The notes: generated by a model not told the origin, from the sequence alone. A stretch of 39,893 nucleotides of DNA from Patescibacteria group bacterium (GCA_038063515.1 JBBTUY010000003.1:1-39893); one strand, 5' to 3'. Counted from the first letter of the stretch, positions 1 to 5,421 are shown. A program made the numbers and translations.

Positions 1-55
1 AACCTGCCACCCCCTCATTGCAAATGAGGTGCTCTACCAGATGAGCTAACGGCCC
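1..55 (-). tRNA. tRNA-Ala (anticodon UGC), 5' part only; the 3' end lies beyond the window start
   Basis: The reverse complement reads GGGCCGT-TA-GCTC-ATCTGGTA-GAGC-A-CCTCA-TTTGCAA-TGAGG-GGGTG-GCAGG-TT. The acceptor, D arm and anticodon arm fold canonically, the 7-nt loop has TGC at positions 34-36, and G is at position 3. The T loop is cut by the window edge. Confidence 0.85.
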
Positions 56-102
56 TTGTTAATTTCTCAAACTTTACTTATATCTTTCTATATTACCTTT
101 AC

Positions 103-124
103 GAGGTGCTACAGATGAGCTAAC
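103..124 (-). other. Degenerate partial copy of the neighbouring tRNA-Ala (D-arm to anticodon-stem portion)
   Basis: gaggtgct-ac-agatgagctaac at 103-124 matches gaggtgctctaccagatgagctaac at 27-51 apart from a 3-nt deletion. Similarity ends on both sides, so no complete cloverleaf is possible. Confidence 0.5.
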
Positions 125-272
125 AGTCATCAAGGGTTTTCTAGTTTGTTCGTGAATTTTTATAAAAAATTACTAATAAGCTAACAAATAATATTCTATA
201 TTATTTTAGCAATAATGCAAATGGTTATATTGTTTTTTCTCTATTTTCTGCTATTATATTAGAGTTTCAAAT

Positions 273-344
273 TCCGAGGTAGCTCAGCGGTAGAGCGGTC
301 GCCTGTTAAGCGATTGGTCGTAGGTTCGATCCCTACCCTCGGAG
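273..344 (+). tRNA. tRNA-Asn (anticodon GUU)
   Basis: It folds as TCCGAGG-TA-GCTC-AGCGGTA-GAGC-G-GTCGC-CTGTTAA-GCGAT-TGGTC-GTAGG-TTCGATC-CCTAC-CCTCGGA-G. This is a full 72-nt cloverleaf with a GTTCGATC T loop. No CCA is encoded. Confidence 0.95.
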
Positions 345-368
345 CAGATAGCATTACATGGTATTTCT

Positions 369-377
369 TGGTATAAT
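369..377 (+). promoter_or_regulatory. Extended -10 box TGgTATAAT, 6 nt upstream of ATG 384
   Basis: The motif was read directly. The same -10 plus 6-nt spacer plus ATG geometry recurs at many genes in the window. Confidence 0.6.
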
Positions 378-383
378 GTGGGC

Positions 384-995
384 ATGAGAGTGATGCTTAC
401 ATCTGGAGATTTAACTCCAATCCAAGTAGAAAGATTTAAAGAACTTATCGGAAAACCGAAAGTTGAAAAAGCACTCTTTATTACAACAGCGGCTGTTCCG
501 TATGGATTAATTCCAAAGCCGGAGTGGTTAGAGGATTCTCTCCGCGACATGAGACAATTTGCAGAATCAATAGACGAAACTTCTTTAGAGGAAGGTTCTC
601 TTATCCCAGAGAACTTAAGTCAATATAGTTTTATCTTTATTAGCGGAGGAAATAGTTTTTATCTTGCTTATCGTCTCGAAGAAACCGGTCTAGGTTCTAA
701 GATTAGAGATTTTATTACGCATGATGGCGTATATTCTGGAAGTAGTGCCGGCGCGATTATTCTCATGAATAATCTGGAGCATTTTGCACCCGCAGACGAC
801 CCTAAGGCGGCCCCTAAACTTTCTCCTGGACTTTCAGTAGTGGACTTTGCTGTTGTGCCGCACGCTGACAATCAAAAATACAAAGCAATTATGGAAGGCA
901 TCGCGGGAGCATATAAAAACGAGGGTAAGGAGGTCGTTTTGCTCAATGACGACCAAGTATTAGTTATTAACGGTCAATCGAAAGAAGTGGTCTAG
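384..995 (+). CDS. Peptidase S51 (dipeptidase E-like) family protein
   Basis: ISGGNSFYL followed by VYSGSSAGAIIL matches the GGNTF and SAG serine motif arrangement of the PepE/S51 family. The start was moved to ATG 384 because of the -10 box at 372-377. Confidence 0.75.
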   Translation: MRVMLTSGDLTPIQVERFKELIGKPKVEKALFITTAAVPYGLIPKPEWLEDSLRDMRQFAESIDETSLEEGSLIPENLSQYSFIFISGGNSFYLAYRLEETGLGSKIRDFITHDGVYSGSSAGAIILMNNLEHFAPADDPKAAPKLSPGLSVVDFAVVPHADNQKYKAIMEGIAGAYKNEGKEVVLLNDDQVLVINGQSKEVV

Positions 996-1073
996 ATAGC
1001 CGATACAAACGTCCTGTTTGTCGTAAAGAAGGTTCGAAGATTGGAAGCCCAGGGGAGCTCGTGAAAACCTTAG

Positions 1074-1101
1074 ACCCACGTAAGTGGGTTTTTGGTTTTT
1101 T
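1074..1101 (+). terminator. Intrinsic terminator after the S51 peptidase gene
   Basis: The stem is acccac/gtgggt with a GTAA tetraloop, followed by tttttggtttttt. It is nested in a longer imperfect hairpin, gagctcgtgaaaacc...ggttttttgagctc. Confidence 0.7.
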
Positions 1102-1298
1102 GAGCTCGGGAGAGAAAGTTAACTGCTTGGCTTTCGAGTAGGGAGGTAAAAGCTTTTGTGTCTTTTTGAAAACTTGTTTGAAAAAAGTACAAAAGGTATA
1201 CTGTTCCTGTAAGGAAAGATTCCCTACCTCCCGAGCATCGAAATTTAACCTTATTATTCAAGGTTTATCTTACCTACCTTAGTAGAAGTTCGAACCTA

Positions 1299-1307
1299 TG
1301 GTATAAT
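1299..1307 (+). promoter_or_regulatory. Extended -10 box TGgTATAAT, 6 nt upstream of ATG 1314
   Basis: The motif was read directly. There is no SD between the box and the ATG. Confidence 0.6.
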
Positions 1308-1313
1308 TAAAAT

Positions 1314-1583
1314 ATGGGAATCGAACAAACACCTAATCTAGAAGAAAGCTATGCTAGAAAAGAACTAATTGAAATGGCCTTAAAATCTCTCAAGCCAAAA
1401 GAAGAAAGGGTATTAAGATTAAGGTTTTTTAATGGAATGACTTTAGAAGAAGTAGCAACAGAATTAGGTTTGTCAAGTGGGGAGAGAGCAAGACAAGTTC
1501 AAGAACTAGCTTTAAGAAAAATACGTCTTGGTCATGAGCTTCCTGAAGGAGTTAGTAAACTATTAGAACAGCTGGAAAGATAA
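1314..1583 (+). CDS. Stand-alone sigma-70 region 4 (HTH) mini-protein
   Basis: EERVLRLRFFNGMTLEEVATELGLSSGERARQVQELALRKIR is the classical region 4.1/4.2 helix-turn-helix of RpoD-family sigma factors. The protein is only 89 aa and has no region 2 or 3. Confidence 0.7.
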   Translation: MGIEQTPNLEESYARKELIEMALKSLKPKEERVLRLRFFNGMTLEEVATELGLSSGERARQVQELALRKIRLGHELPEGVSKLLEQLER

Positions 1584-1692
1584 GCTTGTTTTTAGTGTAT
1601 TAAAAACATTCGAATATAATCTCAAGTTTGGAGCCGACGAAAATCACTTTATAAATAAGATGATTTTTTACCATAGTATAAGTTCGAATCCG

Positions 1693-1701
1693 TGATATAA
1701 T
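1693..1701 (+). promoter_or_regulatory. Second copy of the 1286-1326 promoter unit (TGaTATAAT), 6 nt upstream of GTG 1708
   Basis: aagttcgaatccgtgatataattttaaagtgattgaatc at 1680-1718 aligns with aagttcgaacctatggtataattaaaatatgggaatcgaac at 1286-1326. Confidence 0.45.
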
Positions 1702-1707
1702 TTTAAA

Positions 1708-1782
1708 GTGATTGAATCTAATAAAGAAAGACAAGCACCTAAGAAAAGCTTAGAAGCCGAGCCAAGTCACCTTGCTCGATAA
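1708..1782 (+). CDS. 24-codon GTG-start ORF behind the duplicated promoter (speculative)
   Basis: It translates as (M)IESNKERQAPKKSLEAEPSHLAR-stop. The only support is its position relative to the duplicated -10 box and the shared IE start with the sigma-4 ORF. Confidence 0.2.
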   Translation: MIESNKERQAPKKSLEAEPSHLAR

Positions 1783-1844
1783 ACGTCTTCAAAAACAAAA
1801 TTTCGTTCTAGTATAACAGTAAGAATCATTTTCTAAACTATTAC

Positions 1845-2096
1845 TTATCGATGTATACACCCAGCCCAACAGCACGGTCGGCGCATTCCATCTATAAGTT
1901 TTGATATTGCTTTTTCAATGCGGATGTTTCGTGTCTCTATTTTCTTACCAGAAGTAACCCAGCATATCCATTCATTTCGTGCGAGCGGAGTAGTGTCTTC
2001 CCAGGTACTAAGTGCTTTTTTGTGAGAGATAATAGCATTACCGAGGTCTTTTGGTATTTTATGTACTGTCCCTGTGGCAAGTGTTTTTGTGCTCAT
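1845..2096 (-). CDS. YdeI/OmpD-associated family protein
   Basis: ARNEWICWVTSGKKIETRNIRIEKAISKL and the C-terminal RRPCCWAGCIHR match the conserved core and Cys-rich tail of the YdeI/OmpD-associated (bacteriocin-protection) family, as recalled from memory. Confidence 0.7.
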   Translation of the reverse strand: MSTKTLATGTVHKIPKDLGNAIISHKKALSTWEDTTPLARNEWICWVTSGKKIETRNIRIEKAISKLIDGMRRPCCWAGCIHR

Positions 2097-2102
2097 TATT
2101 TT

Positions 2103-2111
2103 ATTTTATCA
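2103..2111 (-). promoter_or_regulatory. Extended -10 (TGaTAAAAT on the minus strand), 6 nt upstream of ATG 2096
   Basis: The reverse complement of 2097-2111 reads tgataaaat-aaaata followed by ATG. Confidence 0.55.
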
Positions 2112-2288
2112 GAATTTTATATTTTTTGTTTTTTGATTTTGTTCTGTGCTGTGGGGGTCGTGTCGCATAGGTATTGACGGAGGCCGGTAAATAGATCTAT
2201 CCCATACATGAGTATTAAACTATATTTGACAAGCTTATATTTTTTGTTTATTTTTAATCTTGGTTTGTAACAAGAAAGGAGAAAAACC

Positions 2289-2798
2289 ATGAAAATAATC
2301 ATGGTACTATTTGTTGTGTTGTGTTGCCCTTTTATTACGAAAGGGCAACACAACACAGCGCCTGCCTCATGTGAGTCAAGTTTCGAAGTTATGGTGGCCA
2401 GGGCCAACCATGGCTTCGAAACTGAGCTTAGGCTGGCTAAGTGCCTGCCTAAGCATTTTTTTGTGTTCGCCAACCTGAAAGTCAGCGAACACAAAGGCTT
2501 CGACGCCGGACTAAAGTTTCAAGTTCTCCACCAGGAAAGGTGGGAACTTAATCTTTTCTCCGGCCTCGATCACCTCAGCCATAAGGACCGACTTTTTGTT
2601 GGTGCTGAGGCTGAGGTCGAGGCCCGGCGTTTCCGCCTTTCATTAGGCGGTACGCTGGGTGGCCATTTTGGCCGAGCTCTTGAATTTGGGATTCAAACCC
2701 CAAAACTCAAGTGGCTCGGCAACGTACGACTGGGTCCCGTCGTACGTTTCACTCCTCATGGGACCCAATTTTTGGCCAAGGTCAGTCGTAATTTCTAA
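2289..2798 (+). CDS. Hypothetical protein with a signal-peptide-like N terminus; may instead be a spurious ORF across a structured RNA
   Basis: A 169-codon ORF is preceded by AAGGAG (2273-2278) 7-10 nt before the ATG and by TTGACA at 2226-2231. G/C-ending codons are frequent (gcc aac ctg aaa gtc agc gaa). I recognise no family. The whole ORF is tiled with hairpins (see the 2315-2841 entry). Confidence 0.4.
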   Translation: MKIIMVLFVVLCCPFITKGQHNTAPASCESSFEVMVARANHGFETELRLAKCLPKHFFVFANLKVSEHKGFDAGLKFQVLHQERWELNLFSGLDHLSHKDRLFVGAEAEVEARRFRLSLGGTLGGHFGRALEFGIQTPKLKWLGNVRLGPVVRFTPHGTQFLAKVSRNF

Positions 2799-2841
2799 CC
2801 TTGGCCTATGGCGTACGGTAGCTTTGTTTACTGTACGTCAT
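2315..2841 (+). other. Near-contiguous array of at least 10 strong stem-loops in a GC-elevated segment
   Basis: Stems were paired by hand:
- 2315-2332/2340-2357 (18 bp perfect)
- 2380-2388/2414-2422 (9 bp, plus an inner extension)
- 2426-2433/2447-2454 (8 bp)
- 2462-2470/2485-2493 (9 bp)
- 2561-2580/2609-2626 (9+8 bp with bulges)
- 2671-2689/2697-2719 (about 18 bp with bulges)
- 2721-2730/2739-2748 (10 bp perfect)
- 2731-2738/2760-2767 (8 bp, involving the loop of the previous stem)
- 2774-2782/2798-2806 (9 bp perfect)
- 2808-2819/2830-2841 (12 bp with 2 G-U pairs). Confidence 0.7.
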
Positions 2842-2846
2842 TTTTT
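2808..2846 (+). terminator. Intrinsic terminator closing the hairpin module
   Basis: A 12-bp stem (atggcgtacggt / actgtacgtcat, 2 G-U pairs) is followed directly by a run of six T. Confidence 0.65.
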
Positions 2847-2861
2847 ATTTACTTACAAAAA

Positions 2862-2870
2862 TGGTATAAT
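2862..2870 (+). promoter_or_regulatory. Extended -10 TGgTATAAT; unusually followed by a leader of about 50 nt before ATG 2928
   Basis: The motif was read directly. The leader contains the hairpin tccttc...gaagga (2891-2916) and a 13-codon uORF starting at 2909. Confidence 0.5.
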
Positions 2871-2927
2871 ATAAGCATATCAATAATTATTCCTTCGTCG
2901 CCAAGGCTATGAAGGACAAGCATTTCT

Positions 2928-4052
2928 ATGAAAAAATTTATAAAATATAGTTTTCTCGCTCTCATTTTATTTATCCCTATAGTATCTTTTGCTATTGAGT
3001 TTCGTTCTGGAGATCAAGTTTCTGTAAAAAAGGAGGAAGTTATTGCAAATGATCTATACATGGGTGGTAGTAATGCCACAAGCGCAGGTACAATCAACGG
3101 AGATTTGTTTATAGGAGGAGGCAATGTCACAGTCAGTGGTGATGTGTCAGGAGATTTAATGGCTGGTGGTGGTAACGTAAATATTTTATCTACAATAAGT
3201 GACGATTTACGTGTTGGTGGTGGTACTGTAGTACTTTCCGGTAAAGTAGGCGGAGATTTATTAGTAGCTGGTGGGCAAGTTACTTTAAGTGGTGACGGTG
3301 TTGGTGGCGACGCTTCTATGGCAGGAGGAAATATGACAATAGATGCTCCAATACAAGGAGACTTGTCCATAAAAAGTGAGACTGTCTACATCAATTCTCT
3401 GATAGACGGTAATGTAGATATTCATGCACAAAAGATCACTCTAGGTAGCGCAGCACTCATTTCTGGTAATCTTAAGTACATATCTAGGCAAGAGTTAGTA
3501 AATGAAGGAGGGGTAGTAAAGGGTGAGACGACATTTACACAAAAGGTTAGAAAGAATGAAAATAAAAAAGTTCTTCACGCAATATTCGGAGCATTTGTAC
3601 TTTGGAAATTCTTTGCACTTTTAGCTTCTGCACTTGTTATAGGTATGATGCTTAATCGTTATTCTAGGGAAACAGTGGCTATTGCAAAAGAGCGTACCTT
3701 GTATGAATTAGGTAGAGGCTTCCTTGTGTTTGTGGTTATGCCTATAATCTCAATAATATTCTTAGTGACTCTTATAGGTATTCCTTTTAGCATTCTCACA
3801 TTCATAGGCTTTATAGCCATGATGATCTTTGCATGGATCATGGCACCTATTATTTTAGGAAGTGTTGTATATCAATATTTCAGAAAAGGTGAACTCGAGG
3901 TTTCAAGGAAGACTATCATACTTGGGGTTTTACTTTATACAGTATTAGGCTTCATACCACTTGTTGGCTGGCTCTTTAATGCTTGTCTCTTGCTTGTATC
4001 ACTTGGAGCGATGACTTCTCTTAAGCTTAAAGTTTTAAAAGAGTGGAGATAA
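2928..4052 (+). CDS. Membrane protein with an N-terminal signal peptide, a bactofilin-like Gly/Asp beta-helix repeat domain and a C-terminal multi-TM region
   Basis: Repeats of GDLxxGGGNVxVSG type occur at least 7 times (GDLFIGGGNVTVSGDVSGDLMAGGGNVNI...), resembling polymer-forming cytoskeletal (bactofilin) repeats. The C-terminal 150 aa form 4-5 hydrophobic helices. Confidence 0.6.
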   Translation: MKKFIKYSFLALILFIPIVSFAIEFRSGDQVSVKKEEVIANDLYMGGSNATSAGTINGDLFIGGGNVTVSGDVSGDLMAGGGNVNILSTISDDLRVGGGTVVLSGKVGGDLLVAGGQVTLSGDGVGGDASMAGGNMTIDAPIQGDLSIKSETVYINSLIDGNVDIHAQKITLGSAALISGNLKYISRQELVNEGGVVKGETTFTQKVRKNENKKVLHAIFGAFVLWKFFALLASALVIGMMLNRYSRETVAIAKERTLYELGRGFLVFVVMPIISIIFLVTLIGIPFSILTFIGFIAMMIFAWIMAPIILGSVVYQYFRKGELEVSRKTIILGVLLYTVLGFIPLVGWLFNACLLLVSLGAMTSLKLKVLKEWR

Positions 4053-4058
4053 TACTCT

Positions 4059-4454
4059 TTATGTTGTAGGTTGTGCACAGTGAGCACAACGCTTTGCAGC
4101 TATAGCTATTTCCATTAGACACTCATCACATTTTTTTGTCGTAGGCATGTCTTCTTTTTTCATTTTCTTCATGAGCGCATTCATAGGCTTCACAACAAAG
4201 AAGAATATCGCAGAAGCTACAAGTATAAATGAGATAAGTGAATTTAAGAAGTGACCATACATAAATCTGCTCCCATTGATACTAAATGACAGACCGCTAA
4301 AGTCCGGTACTCTTGCGATAGCCGCGATAAGTGGAGTTATAAGGTCTGTTACAAGTGCTGTGACTATAGTTCCAAAAGATGCACCAATCACGACACCGAC
4401 TGCGAGATCCACCACATTTCCTCTGAGTAAAAATTGTTTAAATTCTTTTAACAT
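4059..4454 (-). CDS. mscL: Large-conductance mechanosensitive channel MscL with a C-terminal CxxC...CxxC zinc-ribbon tail
   Basis: MLKEFKQFLLRGNVVDLAVGVVIGASFGTIVTALVTDLITPLI is the canonical MscL TM1 region. The tail reads KKCDECLMEIAIAAKRCAHCAQP. Confidence 0.9.
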   Translation of the reverse strand: MLKEFKQFLLRGNVVDLAVGVVIGASFGTIVTALVTDLITPLIAAIARVPDFSGLSFSINGSRFMYGHFLNSLISFILVASAIFFFVVKPMNALMKKMKKEDMPTTKKCDECLMEIAIAAKRCAHCAQPTT

Positions 4455-4514
4455 ATATTTATTATTATATTTATAATATTTTATTTCTTTTTATCCTAGC
4501 ATGTAGTAGGAAAG

Positions 4515-4523
4515 TTATCCACA
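4515..4523 (+). promoter_or_regulatory. Perfect DnaA-box consensus TTATCCACA in an intergenic region
   Basis: It is an exact 9-mer. A second exact copy lies at 37706-37714 with the same ag prefix. Confidence 0.3.
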
Positions 4524-4593
4524 AAGTAATTTTATTTTTATAAATAATGTGTGTTTCCAAGCTTTTGTTAACTTGTTTACTCTTTGCATTTTT

Positions 4594-4602
4594 TGGTATA
4601 AT
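4594..4602 (+). promoter_or_regulatory. Extended -10 TGgTATAAT, 6 nt upstream of ATG 4609
   Basis: The motif was read directly. This argues for the 4609 start rather than the track start at 4549. Confidence 0.6.
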
Positions 4603-4608
4603 AGGGTT

Positions 4609-5187
4609 ATGGATAATTTTAAATTTATTGTTTTTTCAATCATTACTCTTTCTCTGGTTGGACTTTTTACATATTGGGCATTTAACAGTATTCAGTCAGG
4701 CACAGAGCACAAGATGACTGAGAAAATAGATACACTTCAAAATGAAAATGAAGATTTAAAAGAAGAGAATGAAGACCTGAAAGGTAAGCTTGCAAAATTA
4801 GAAGTGAGTGTGAGTACAGAAGAGCCAGCACCAGTTGTAGAGGAGCCAGTCGTAACCCCTACATCTCCTAAGCCTACTACACCAAAACTTACACCGACTC
4901 CCACCAAACCTACAACTTATAAAAACCAAACACTTATAAATGAATTACAAAAGATGCTAAACGCGGGTACCTCGCTAAAGCTTGGCTCTAGTGGTGCGAG
5001 TGTGGCCAGTGTTCAGAAGTTTCTAAATATCTATAACAAAACTTCAAACAAAGTTGATAATGATTACGGCGAGAGTACAAAGGTAGCAGTAGTAGCATTC
5101 CAAAAAGCTCAAAGCTTGCCTGGTAGTGGCGAAGTCCATAAAGCCACCCTTACTAAGATGGTAGACTGGCTCAAAAAGCAAGGATAG
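4609..5187 (+). CDS. Membrane-anchored protein with a coiled coil, a Pro/Thr linker and a C-terminal peptidoglycan-binding domain (PG_binding_1-like)
   Basis: It has an N-terminal TM helix (FIVFSIITLSLVGLFTYWAF), an ENEDLKEENEDLKGKLAKLE coiled coil and a PT-rich linker. The C terminus, GSSGASVASVQKFLN...DNDYGESTKVAVVAFQKAQSLPGSGEV, matches the PGBD pattern. Confidence 0.7.
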   Translation: MDNFKFIVFSIITLSLVGLFTYWAFNSIQSGTEHKMTEKIDTLQNENEDLKEENEDLKGKLAKLEVSVSTEEPAPVVEEPVVTPTSPKPTTPKLTPTPTKPTTYKNQTLINELQKMLNAGTSLKLGSSGASVASVQKFLNIYNKTSNKVDNDYGESTKVAVVAFQKAQSLPGSGEVHKATLTKMVDWLKKQG

Positions 5188-5282
5188 GTAGATTCTAAAG
5201 AAAAAACAATGCTAGCTTTTGTTGTAATATTTTTATATTTATAGTATAATATACTATAGTTTATCAATAACAAACATTATAT

Positions 5283-5396
5283 ATGGCTAAAAGAAGTACA
5301 ACATTAAGTCCAAAGAAGAAATCTCGTCGTTCTCACAAGACAAAGAAGAGACTTGCAGTAAAAAAGGTAATGCTCTCAAAGAAGTCTAAGAAATAA
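5283..5396 (+). CDS. 37-aa extremely basic small protein (ribosomal-protein-like composition)
   Basis: MAKRSTTLSPKKKSRRSHKTKKRLAVKKVMLSKKSKK was translated by hand and is below the size cutoff of the ORF track. It lies in an otherwise empty 230-nt gap in a compact genome. Confidence 0.4.
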   Translation: MAKRSTTLSPKKKSRRSHKTKKRLAVKKVMLSKKSKK

Positions 5397-5421
5397 TTTT
5401 AACCAATAAAGAATTTTATAT

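Noticed and set aside
284-550. 88-aa minus-strand ORF overlapping tRNA-Asn and the start of the S51 peptidase gene
   Set aside because: It lies antisense to a clear tRNA and to a well-supported CDS. It has no family resemblance and no promoter geometry.
1070-1261. 63-aa minus-strand ORF in the 996-1313 gap, and a possible long-range pairing ctcgggag (1104-1111) / ctcccgag (1229-1236) hinting at an ncRNA
   Set aside because: The ORF runs through the terminator hairpin and has no start context. A single 8-bp long-range match in about 300 nt is expected roughly once by chance, and I saw no RNase P, SRP, 6S or tmRNA signature. The gap remains unexplained, but I cannot support a feature call.
2117-2494. 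125-aa minus-strand ORF and the 71-aa plus-strand ORF at 2659-2874, both overlapping the hairpin module
   Set aside because: They are most simply explained as by-products of palindromic, GC-elevated sequence, which keeps both strands free of stops. Neither has start signals.
2531-2547. caggaaaggtggg resembling the RNase P RNA GAGGAAAGUCCGGG (P4/J3-4) motif
   Set aside because: The match is only partial. There is no complementary ACAGAA...CCGGCUUA partner strand and no other RNase P helices, and the segment forms its own local hairpin.
2597-2616. Tandem gctgagg-ctgagg duplication
   Set aside because: It is too short (two copies of 6-7 nt) to call a repeat feature. It simply offers alternative pairing registers for the 2561-2627 stem.
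2684-2702. ttgggattcaaaccccaa resembling a tRNA/tmRNA T-arm
   Set aside because: The loop would be 8 nt (or the stem only 3 bp), it lacks the TTCRA register, and no acceptor-like partner is present. It is the tip of a long hairpin (2671-2719).
3014-3370. 118-aa minus-strand Pro/Thr/Ser-rich ORF
   Set aside because: It is the antisense reading of the Gly/Asp repeat region of the 2928-4052 gene, a typical shadow ORF.
4549-4608. Upstream start codons proposed by the ORF track for several genes (4549, 378, 20387, 20465, 21501, 25212, 36300, 6475)
   Set aside because: In most of these cases a -10 box lies inside the proposed extension and ends 6-7 nt before an internal ATG that begins the recognisable protein (6-nt spacing at 384, 4609, 21573, 25206 and 36363; 7 nt at 20459). 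The 20507 and 6508 starts lack that clean spacing and rest on the recognisable N termini MKKIRVG and [14 protein letters not shown]. The extensions are hydrophobic or odd and sometimes overlap the neighbouring gene.
5250-5268. Perfect 9-1-9 palindrome tatagtata-a-tatactata
   Set aside because: It is composed almost only of A/T in an AT-rich promoter region, so its information content is low. It is probably overlapping -10-like boxes.
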